A stretch of DNA of 64,000 bases from an uncultured delta proteobacterium (GTDB lineage Bacteria; Myxococcota_A; Polyangia; Fen-1088), in NCBI GenBank assembly GCA_963796685.1, contig CAWCMR010000025.1:1536001-1600000 (forward strand). The letters are read 5' to 3'. The first letter of the stretch is position 1. The number at the start of each line of letters is the position of its first letter. Both the position numbers and the translations under genes were made by a program. Of the stretch, positions 30,329 through 39,200 are shown in pieces. The notes under the pieces are model-generated. The model ran no database searches. It saw nothing but the letters and a program-made list of their open reading frames with translations, and had not been told where the DNA came from.

Positions 30329-30423
30329 AGCACACCTCTCCTCGACGAGCGTTCCTCACGGTTCGTCCACAATCAGCGATATCGGTCCTTCTACAACGCC
30401 GATTGATGGGCTAGGGTCGTGTC

Positions 30424-30903
30424 ATGGAAATTACAATCGCTGGCTTTCAAGCCACACTTGCGCGCCTGCTGGCGCTGTTCGAGTCCGTGCCCGAGTCGCT
30501 GGTCGACCTCAAGCCTTCCGCCGAGGACTGGAGTATCAAGCAGATCGCCTGCCATCTCGTTGATTCGGCCAGCAACAACCACCAGCGCTTCACGCACCTG
30601 CAGCGCACCCAGCGTCTGGTTTTCCCTCCCTACGAGGCGGAGCCTTGGGTCGCCATCGAAAAGCCCGAGGGCCTGGCTTGGAAGACCATGCTCGACCTCC
30701 TGCGGTCCTACAACGCCTTTGTGCTGCACCTGGTTTCCAACTTGGATCCCGCGCGCCTTGGCAACGTCTGGATCGTCGGTGACAAGGAACTGAGCCTGGA
30801 GTACCTGGCGCACGACTATTACCGCCACCTCGACTGGCACATCAGCCACCTGGAAGCGAGAATCCGCCAGGTAAGAGCGACGCAGACACCCGGCGGCCGC
30901 TGA
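30424..30903 (+). CDS. DinB-family protein (inverted within its cassette)
   Basis: WSIKQIACHLVDSASNNHQRF, DYYRHLDWH. Confidence 0.88.
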   Translation: MEITIAGFQATLARLLALFESVPESLVDLKPSAEDWSIKQIACHLVDSASNNHQRFTHLQRTQRLVFPPYEAEPWVAIEKPEGLAWKTMLDLLRSYNAFVLHLVSNLDPARLGNVWIVGDKELSLEYLAHDYYRHLDWHISHLEARIRQVRATQTPGGR

Positions 30904-30960
30904 TGTTTGCTAGAGCTGCCGGGAGCCAAGCCAGACCTCTACCCACCCGGATGCGTGACT

Positions 30961-31065
30961 GTCGAACGCCTTGCCGTTCAGCAGCAAGCCCGCCGCCGAG
31001 CCGGCGTCTCGATTCTATACCGATGTCCCTGCGGCGGGATTGTCTGCTGCAACGGCATGTTCGAC
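30961..31065 (-). repeat. attC (~105-bp family)
   Basis: GTCGAAC...CTGCTGCAACGGCAT GTTCGAC. Confidence 0.9.
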
Positions 31066-31109
31066 GGCGCGAGTTCAGTCGGAACGCGCCTTCAAGACCT
31101 CCTGTCGGG

Positions 31110-31541
31110 CTAATGAAGCCGGCCGTTGAGATCTATCCGGCATTCCGTCGTACAACAGACCAGACCGAAAACGTCGTCCGGCGCCGTGCACTGCTCGTTG
31201 AGCTTAACGCCGTTCAGCTGTCCGAGATCACATTCCTCTTCGCCTGACAAGGTTCCATCGCCACAGAGAGGCAACCCACCCTGAGCATCCAATCCTCCGT
31301 CCACGCTCGAAACTGGCATGCAGGTTTCCGCTGAGCAGTCCCATCCTGGTCCTGTCTGGTTCTTGATCGAGTAGGCGTCACTTTCTACCCTATTGCCATC
31401 TTCCGCCCCGCCCTCCTGCTCGCCCGAGTCAGGAGGAACCTTCGGGCTTCTATGACCGCAAGCGGCAAGGAGTGCACACAGAAGGATGCCGAGAGAGGGA
31501 GCGAGGGTGCGACTTTCTGCCTGGGAACGTTGGGAGATCAT
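31110..31541 (-). CDS. Lipoprotein with a myxobacterial Cys-rich repeat (first cassette)
   Basis: LLAA-C lipobox; CGDGTLSGEEECDLGQLNG...CTTEC. Confidence 0.7.
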   Translation of the reverse strand: MISQRSQAESRTLAPSLGILLCALLAACGHRSPKVPPDSGEQEGGAEDGNRVESDAYSIKNQTGPGWDCSAETCMPVSSVDGGLDAQGGLPLCGDGTLSGEEECDLGQLNGVKLNEQCTAPDDVFGLVCCTTECRIDLNGRLH

Positions 31542-31572
31542 CCCTATTTTTCCTTTCGATCGGTTTTCGTCC

Positions 31573-31620
31573 GTCGAACGCCTATTCTACACCGAAAGAT
31601 ATCCGATATTTTTTCGATGC
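31573..31620 (-). promoter_or_regulatory. attI-like site at the head of the array
   Basis: Core G|TTCGAC complementary to the first cassette's R''; no attC palindrome upstream; AT-rich. Confidence 0.55.
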
Positions 31621-31842
31621 TCTCGGGCTCTGGTGGCGGAGGGCAGGCCACGGGCTCTCCTGATTTCAGGGTGTTGGCCAGCGGGGCTGGCCAGCGCGGG
31701 GTGGCAGTGGAGATCAGAACGGTCGGAATAAAATAGGATGGCAGGCGAATAAACCGATAAGGCTTCGCGCCGTGGGGGACCGGTCAGGGGCCCTGGGGAC
31801 TGCGGAGGCCGCCAGGGCCGCGGGGTCGAGAGCGTGGATGGA

Positions 31843-32589
31843 CTACTTGGCCTTGCCCTGGTTGGCGACCGCGTTCATGGCGGCGGCGATGGCGGCCTGG
31901 TCGCCGAGGTAGTAGTGCTTGATGGGCTTGAGGCTGGCGTCGAGCTCGTAGACCAGCGGGATGCCGGTGGGGATGTTCAGCTCGACGATCTCCTTTTCAG
32001 GGATGTTGTCGAGGAACATGACCAGGGCGCGCAGGCTGTTGCCGTGGGCCGCGATGATCACGCGCTTGCCGCTCTTGATGGTGGGCGCGATGGTCTCGTG
32101 CCACATGGGCAGGAAGCGGGCAACGGTGTCCTTCAGGCACTCGGTCAGCGGCAGCTCGGACGGCTTGAGGTCGGCGTAGCGCCGGTCGTGGCCGGGGTAG
32201 CGCTCGTCGGTCTTCTCCAGAGGCGGTGGCGGGATGTCGTAGCTGCGGCGCCAGATCTTGACCTGGCTCTCGCCGTACTTGGCGGCGGTCTCGGCCTTGT
32301 TCAGGCCTTGCAGGCCGCCGTAGTGCCGTTCGTTGAGGCGCCAATTGCGATGGACCGGGATCCACATCAGGTTCATGGCATCCAGGGTCAGCCACAGCGT
32401 GCGGATGGCGCGCTTGAGCACCGAGGTGTAGGCGATGTCGAGCTCGTACTTCTCGGCCTTGAGCAGCTGTCCCGCCGCCTTGGCCTCGCCGAGGCCCTTC
32501 TCGGACAGGTCGACGTCGGTCCAACCCGTGAAGCGGTTCTCGCGGTTCCATTCACTTTCGCCGTGCCGAAGCAGCACCACTTTGTACAT
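31843..32589 (-). CDS. gpmA: 2,3-BPG-dependent phosphoglycerate mutase
   Basis: [34 protein letters not shown]. Confidence 0.97.
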   Translation of the reverse strand: MYKVVLLRHGESEWNRENRFTGWTDVDLSEKGLGEAKAAGQLLKAEKYELDIAYTSVLKRAIRTLWLTLDAMNLMWIPVHRNWRLNERHYGGLQGLNKAETAAKYGESQVKIWRRSYDIPPPPLEKTDERYPGHDRRYADLKPSELPLTECLKDTVARFLPMWHETIAPTIKSGKRVIIAAHGNSLRALVMFLDNIPEKEIVELNIPTGIPLVYELDASLKPIKHYYLGDQAAIAAAMNAVANQGKAK

Positions 32590-32600
32590 GTCGTTTCTCC

Positions 32601-33041
32601 TTATGAATTCCTGGTCGCGGGGCGCATTTCTAGCATGCCCAGGTGCACGGATGCGCCTGCCAACGTGCGAACGCGGTCGGGCCAGTGCTCGATTTGCAGA
32701 AACTGGTCGCCCGCGGCGCGGTAACGCCACAAGGTGCAGGGCCGCGGCTCGCCGTGGTCGGCCGTCACCCTGGCCGTGCCCGAGAGCCGCAGCAGGTAGC
32801 TTTCGCCGCCATGGTAAAGGGTGGTCGGGGGCGGCGTCGCGATGGCCAGGTTGGCGATCTCGGATAGCACCAGCACCCGGTCGTGCGCGTCGCTCTGCGC
32901 AGGCTCGAGAAAGCGAACCTGGCCCCCGCCCGCGAGTCGCACGAGAACCAAGGTGCGGTCGGCGAGGGCATATGCCAGCACCTCGTCGACCCGGTAGTCG
33001 ACACCCTGGTAGCCAACCCTGTCGTTCACGTTCAGGTTCAT
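32601..33041 (-). CDS. Hypothetical protein (DUF4178-like)
   Basis: ATG at 33041; co-oriented upstream of gpmA. Confidence 0.6.
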   Translation of the reverse strand: MNLNVNDRVGYQGVDYRVDEVLAYALADRTLVLVRLAGGGQVRFLEPAQSDAHDRVLVLSEIANLAIATPPPTTLYHGGESYLLRLSGTARVTADHGEPRPCTLWRYRAAGDQFLQIEHWPDRVRTLAGASVHLGMLEMRPATRNS

Positions 33042-33195
33042 GTCGCACTCGTGTCCAAGTATTGTGCCACGCCCTGATCCCACGCCAAAGGCCAGATGCC
33101 CCCCACCTCTTTGCCGGATCGCACCTGGCCTCGCGCCGGGCGGCGAGGTGCGCAGGTCCTTGAACTTGTGATTGCAGGATGGGACGATCACCCGG

Positions 33196-34740
33196 ATGGC
33201 AGGCACCGCGCATAAGTCTAGCCTTGGCGGCGGGCTCGCAACCCTACTGCTGGTGGCAGCCGGATGGCCGACTGGCGGATGTCAGCACGCGGGTGCAGGA
33301 GGTGGTGGAAAGGACGGTGCGGTGGGCGCCGACAGTGGATTCGAAACGGCCCGAAACGCAGGCGGCGCGAGCGGTGGCGGCTCAGGCGGCAGCGCGGGCT
33401 CAGGCGGCAGCGCGGGCTCCGGCGGCTCGGGCGGCAACGCGGGCTCGGGCGGCAGCGCGGGCTCCGGCGGAAATGCTGCGACGGGCGGAACCGCCGCGAC
33501 CGGCGGAAATTCCGCGACTGCGACTGGCGGAATCTCGGGCACGGGCGGAAGCGGAGCAACGGGCGGCAGTGGCGGTGCGGGCACGGGCGGGGGCACCGGT
33601 GGGGCTCTCACCGATCCCAATGTGGTTCCCGTTGTCGTGGATCAGGGACCAGCGAACATCGGGTACACCAATGGCCTGTTTGCCACCGTGACCCTTTGCG
33701 TGCCAGGCACCTCGACGTGCCAGACGATCGATCACCTGCTGGTCGATACCGGGTCCGTGGGCGTGCGCATTCTGGAATCCGAGCTGACCATCGCGTTGCC
33801 CGCGGCCAAGGGCTCGAGCGGGTCGGCCTTGGCCGAGTGCACACCTTTTGTCGACGGAACGGCTTGGGGGCCGGTGAAGATCGCGGATGTCCAGGTGGCG
33901 GGAGAAAAAGGTCAAGGATTGCCGGTTCAGACCCTGGGTGAGCTCACCTATCCCGTGCCGTCCAACTGCGCCGGCAAGGCAATCACCGACCTCCAGACCC
34001 TTGCGGCCAATGGCATCCTGGGCGTGGGGATCTACCTGCAAGACTGCGGGGCGGCCTGTGCCGTGAGCGCAACCTCGACTCTGAATCCTGGCCTCTACTA
34101 CGCGTGTACGTCTGGTCAGACCGGCGGGTGCAAGATCGCTTCGGTCCCGACTGCGCAACAGGTCCCGAATCCGGTGGCCGACTTTGCCACGGACAACAAT
34201 GGGGTGATCCTACGCTTGCCCAGCGTGCCGGCGAGCGGATCGCCTTCGGTACCGGGCCAACTGATCTTCGGCATCGGCACGCAGACGAACAACGCTCTCG
34301 GCAGCGCCACCGTGATCGCGCTCGACAACTCCGGGTTTGTTCGGACGACCTTCCCGGCCGGGGGTGCCACGTACACGAGCTACCTGGATAGCGGCTCCAA
34401 CGCGATCTTCTTCCTCGACGCGGCCACAACGAATCTCGCCCAGTGCACGGGCTCCCTCAATTCCTTCTACTGCCCCAGCGCCACGAAGGATCTCGGCGCG
34501 ACCATCTCGGGCTCCACGAGCGCCGGCGTCGACGTCAGCTTCAGTGTGGCCAACGCCTCCCGCCTCGGCGCCAGCGCGTTCGCCTTCAGCAACCTGGCCG
34601 GTCCGATGCCGGGTTTTCCCACCGACACCACCGTGCCCGGCTTCGACTGGGGCCTGCCGTTCTTCTTCGGTCGCGACGTCTACACGGCCATCGAGAGCCG
34701 GAGCACGCCCGGAGGCACTGGACCCTACTTCGCGTTCTGA
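33196..34740 (+). CDS. DUF3443-like lipoprotein with a Gly/Ser/Ala linker
   Basis: [42 protein letters not shown]; 18-bp repeats at 33360-33470. Confidence 0.85.
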   Translation: MAGTAHKSSLGGGLATLLLVAAGWPTGGCQHAGAGGGGKDGAVGADSGFETARNAGGASGGGSGGSAGSGGSAGSGGSGGNAGSGGSAGSGGNAATGGTAATGGNSATATGGISGTGGSGATGGSGGAGTGGGTGGALTDPNVVPVVVDQGPANIGYTNGLFATVTLCVPGTSTCQTIDHLLVDTGSVGVRILESELTIALPAAKGSSGSALAECTPFVDGTAWGPVKIADVQVAGEKGQGLPVQTLGELTYPVPSNCAGKAITDLQTLAANGILGVGIYLQDCGAACAVSATSTLNPGLYYACTSGQTGGCKIASVPTAQQVPNPVADFATDNNGVILRLPSVPASGSPSVPGQLIFGIGTQTNNALGSATVIALDNSGFVRTTFPAGGATYTSYLDSGSNAIFFLDAATTNLAQCTGSLNSFYCPSATKDLGATISGSTSAGVDVSFSVANASRLGASAFAFSNLAGPMPGFPTDTTVPGFDWGLPFFFGRDVYTAIESRSTPGGTGPYFAF

Positions 34741-34795
34741 GGAAGCCAGTGACTGAAACCGGGATTGGCGTTCTGGCGGCCGCGTAGCGGCCATA

Positions 34796-34930
34796 TCTCC
34801 TCGCCCCGCGGTCACGCGGGGAGAGGACGCCGCGCGAAGCGCGGCAGGTGAGGGGCCGACGCGCTCGCTCTTTCGCCCCCCCTCACCCGCCGACGCGGAC
34901 GCCAGCGGCCGCTCCCCGACGGGGAGAGGC
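34796..34930. repeat. REP-like element pair
   Basis: CCTCGCCCCGCG...GCGGGGAGAGG...GGTGAGGGG and inverted CCCCTCACCCG. Confidence 0.65.
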
Positions 34931-35006
34931 TGGGATCTTGGCCCGCGCGAACACCTTGAAAGGGCAGCCTTGACAACCCTGGGTTGCGCCGCTAGGCAAT
35001 GGGCCC

Positions 35007-36113
35007 GTGAAGCTGGAGCTGCTTCGTATCCTCGATGGGGACGGCAAGGTTTGCCGACCCGACCTCGAACCCGAAATCCCGGGGGCCGAGCTGCGCCGCA
35101 TGCTCGAAGCCATGATCGAGTCCAGCCTGCTCGACGAGCGCCTGCTGCGTTTTCAGCGCCAGGGCCGCATCGGCTTCTACCTGACCGCGTGGGGCGAGGA
35201 GGCCACGCTCATCGGCCCGACGTGGGTGTTGCGCCCGACCGACTGGATCTTCTCGTGCTACCGCGAGCAGGCCGCGGCGCTTTTTCGCGGCTATTCCATG
35301 CGCACCATGATGTGCCAGCTCTACGGCAACGCCGAGGATCCGGTGAAGGGCCGTCAGCTTCCCGCGCACCACTCGGTCCGCGATCTCAATTTCATGACCG
35401 TCAGCTCGGTGGTGGGGACGCAGATCCCCCACGCCGTGGGCATGGCCATGGCGGCCAAGATCCGGGGCAAGGACGACGTCAGCCTCGTCTACTTCGGCGA
35501 CGGCGCCACCTCGACGGGCGACTTTCACGTGGCGTGCAACCTGGCCCAGGTGAAGAAGGCGCCGTGCATCTTCCTTCTGCGCAACAACGGCTGGGCCATC
35601 TCCACGCCGCGCGGGATCCAGACCGCCTCGCCCACCCTGGCGCAAAAGGGGATCGCCTACGGCATGAAGAGCGTGCTCGTCGACGGCAACGACATGCTGG
35701 CCCTGATTCGCGTCACCGCCGAGGCGGCGGCGCGGGCACGCCAGGGCGACGGGCCCACCCTCATCGAGGCCTTGACCTACCGACGCGGGGCGCACACCTC
35801 GTCGGACGATCCCTCCGTGTACCGCGACCCGGGCGAGCCCAAGGAATGGGAAGCCAGCAATCCCATCAAGCGTTTTCGCGCCTATTGCCAGGCCAAGGGC
35901 GTCTGGAGCGCCGACGAGGAAGAGCATCTGCGCAAGGATTTCGACGCCCGCTTCGCCGCGCTGGTAAGGGAAACCGAAGGGGTGCCGGCCCGGCCGCCCA
36001 CGGCCACGCTTTTCGACGACGTCTACGCCGAACGGCCCTGGCACATCGAAGAACAGGCACGCGAGCTGGAAGGCAAGATTAAGCGCCGCGGCGAGGCCGC
36101 GCCAAAGCACTGA
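35007..36113 (+). CDS. 2-oxoacid dehydrogenase E1 alpha subunit (PdhA/BkdA-like)
   Basis: QRQGRIGFY, YFGDGATSTGDFH...NNGWAIS (TPP motif), YRRGAHTSSDDPSVYR. Confidence 0.93.
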   Translation: MKLELLRILDGDGKVCRPDLEPEIPGAELRRMLEAMIESSLLDERLLRFQRQGRIGFYLTAWGEEATLIGPTWVLRPTDWIFSCYREQAAALFRGYSMRTMMCQLYGNAEDPVKGRQLPAHHSVRDLNFMTVSSVVGTQIPHAVGMAMAAKIRGKDDVSLVYFGDGATSTGDFHVACNLAQVKKAPCIFLLRNNGWAISTPRGIQTASPTLAQKGIAYGMKSVLVDGNDMLALIRVTAEAAARARQGDGPTLIEALTYRRGAHTSSDDPSVYRDPGEPKEWEASNPIKRFRAYCQAKGVWSADEEEHLRKDFDARFAALVRETEGVPARPPTATLFDDVYAERPWHIEEQARELEGKIKRRGEAAPKH

Positions 36114-36229
36114 ACTCGCCCCCGGCCCTGCGGCCAGCGTGCCAATCGCGCAACGTCCCGAAAACAGCCCCGATCCCTGGGGGAACCTGTTACTATCTGC
36201 TCCTGAAATCTTTGCTCCAGCGAGGGGAC

Positions 36230-39200
36230 ATGAAGCGGGATTCGAGCACAACGGGTTCGCGGTCGGTCGATTCTGACAAAGGCTCCTTGGAGAAGCTCAA
36301 GGGCGCGTTGAGGAAGGCCGAAAAGCAGCCGGCCGAGATGTCGGCCTGGGACGACTTGGAGGCCCTGGTCGTCGAAACGCAGAAGCCGGACGAGGTGGCG
36401 GCCGCCTATCGCAAGGCGCTTTCGCCCGGCCTCGCTCCCGACCTCATCAGCGCCTTGGGCCAGCGGGCCTTGCAATTTTACGAGGAATGGTACGCGGGCG
36501 AAACCGCGGTCATCGTCGAGCTCCTCGAGAACGTCCTGCTGCTCGACGCAAGCGCCGACTGGGCTCTCGAACGGCTCACCATTCTCCGCTCCGTGAACCA
36601 GCAGTGGGACGAATTGCTTTCGTCCTACGATCTTGTTCTCGAAGGGCTCGCCGACGGCCCGCGCCGCCGCCGTCTGTTGCAAGATGCCGCCGGCGTGGCG
36701 CGCGACTCGGGCAACACCGCGCGCGCCGCGAGCTACCTGCGCACCCTGCTCGAGGCCGCCCCCGGCACCCTCGAGGTTTCGTCCGAGCTCGAACGCCTGC
36801 TGGAAAAGCTGGGCGACTTCGCGACGCTGGCGTCGGTTCTCGGCCTGCGCCTGGCGGCGATGTCGGGCAACGACGCCATCGACGTGCGCGAGCGCCTGGC
36901 CGGGCTCTATCTCGACCACCTGGGCGAGCCCGGCAAGGCCCTCGACGAGATCGAGAAGATCCTGGCGCAGCCCTCGCTGACCAACGACGGCGTGCCCTGC
37001 GCGCTGGCGGATCGCATTTTGAACGACGCCACGCTGCCCGCGGCGGTGCGCCGGCGCGCCCTCGACATCCTGCGCGCGCGCCACGCCCAGCTCGGCCGCC
37101 TGGACGGCGTGGTCGCGGCCCTGCGCGTGGCCCTGACCTTCGCCACGCCGGACGAGACGCGCGCCCTGGTGAACGAGGCCGCCGACATGCTCGAGCGCAA
37201 GGGCGATCTGGCGGCGGCGCGCGAGCAGCTGGTCGAGCTGGTGGCGTTCCAGCCCGACGAGGCCTCGACGCGCGCGCGCCTGAAGTTCCTGGCCGAGGTG
37301 ACGGGGGCGCCCGCCGCGTACGTGCGCGGTTTGCTGGTCGCGGCCGAGGCCACCCGGGACGCCAAGCTGCAAGTCGCGCTGTGGCTGGAGGCGGCGCAGC
37401 TCGAGGACGCGCGCCCCAAGGGCGCCGGGGCCGAGCAGGCCAGCGCGCTCTATCGCAAGATCCTGGCCAGCAGCGCCGCCGAGACCGAGCAGATCCTGCT
37501 CGCCCTGCGCAAGCTGACCGCGCTGCTCGCTCCCGACGCCGACGAGCGTCTCGATATTCTCGAACGCCAGGCCAAGCTCGAACCTTCGCCCGGCATGCGC
37601 CGGGGGCTTTTGGGCGAGGCCGCCGAGCTGGCCCGCGCGCGCGGCGAGCTCGATCGCGCGCTCGGGCTGTGGCAAGAGAGGCTGGCCGCCGATGCCAACG
37701 ATCGCAAGGCGCTGGCGCGCACCATCGAAATTCTCGAGGGCGCCAGCCGCTGGCAGGAGCTGGTGGTGGCGCTGACCAGGCGGGCGAGCGCCGACGTGCC
37801 GTGGATGCAGCGGCGCGCCGATCTCCTGCGCGTGGCAGAGGTGGAACGCGACCAGCTCGGCAATCCGCCGGGCGCCATCGCGGCCCTGACCAAGATCCTG
37901 GAGACCGCGGCCGGCGATGCGGGGGCCGTGGCGGCGATTCTCGATCTGTTCGCGGCGTCGGGCCGCTGGCAGGATCTGCTCAATCTGGGGACGCGCGTGG
38001 GCCAAGACACGCAGGGCGGGCTGGTGGCGCTGTTCGTGCGCCTGGGCGACGCCTGCCGCGTGCAGCTCTCCGATCCCCAGGGCGCCGCGACCTGGTATGG
38101 CCGCGCGCTGTCCATCGATCCACGCGCCCAGGGACTGCGGGACGCCTTGCTGGCGTTGGCCGACGACGAGGCGGCGCGGGTCTCCGCCGTCGACGGCGTC
38201 GTGCGCTGCTGTGCCGCCAGCGACGACTGGCAAGGGCTCCTGGCCATCCTTCCCCACCGCCTGAACCTGGCCCAAAGCGACGGCGAACGCGTGCGCATCC
38301 ACCGCGAGGCCGCCGAGATCGAGGAGAAGCGGGCCCAGCGGCCGAGCCAGGCCCTTGGCCACCACATCGCGATCCTCGAGCTTCGTCCCGACGATACCCA
38401 GGCCGAGGCGGAGATTCTGCGCCTGGCGGCGGCCACGGGCGAGCACGCGCGGGCGGCGAAGTCCATCGAACAGGCGACGGCCGCGCTGCCGCCGCTGGCC
38501 CCGCGCGGGGCCCAGCTCCTGCTGCTCGCCAGCCGACTCTTCGAAGAGAACGCCGGCGACCGGACCGCGGCCCTGGCCTGCGCCGAGAAGGCCTTGCAAG
38601 CAGCGCCCTCCGACCGTGCCGTGCGACTCGTGGTCGTGCGCTTGGCCAGCTTGCAAGGGGCCTTTCAAACCGCGGTGGATGCGGCCTTGGCCGAGCCCTT
38701 CGACGCCGGCGTCCTGGTCGGCGATTTCCTGCCCTTGATGGAGAAGGCCGCAAGCGGCGCTGGCGAGGCGCAGGCCAGCTTCAAGACCCTGGGCCGGTTG
38801 CTCTCTACCGCGCTGGCCAAGAAGGCGGGCGTTTCCGGCACGCTCGGTCGCGCCATCGAGGAGCGCATCGCCGACTATGCCGTCGCGCCCGACAAGGCGG
38901 CGGGGTGGCGGGAAAAGGCGCTCTTGCGCGCGCGCGACTACGACCCGACGCACGTGCCGACCTTGCGCAAGTTGGCCGAGGCCCAGCGTGGCCGCGGCGG
39001 CAAGCCGCTTTACGACACCTTGGTGCAGATCGCGGCGCTGGTGCCGCGCGAGCTCGACTCGCTGGTCGAGGCCCTGGACGTGGCCGAGCAAGACAGGAAG
39101 GACCCCGGGCTTGTGCGCGCGGCTCTGACCAGCCTCTTCGATTGCTCGGCCGGGCTGCTGCGCGCGGGGCTTGCCGCCGAGGGCAAGTCGGTCGCGGCGG

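Larger units (their letters stand above)
12536..31620 (-). mobile_element. Integron cassette array with no integrase in the window (CALIN-like), about 20 attC sites
   Basis: Recurrent AAC-core...L boxes...GTT-core palindromes separate mostly minus-strand single genes. Confidence 0.9.

Noticed and set aside
31773-31805. Similarity to the IS110 left-end hairpin (GGGGGACCGG...GGGGACTGCG)
   Set aside because: Too short and G-rich to distinguish from chance
31620-31842. Integrase remnant upstream of the array
   Set aside because: Only about 220 bp lie before the gpmA stop, and no tyrosine-recombinase motif is recognisable
33360-33600. 18-bp tandem repeats as a separate element
   Set aside because: They encode an ordinary Gly/Ser/Ala linker of the lipoprotein
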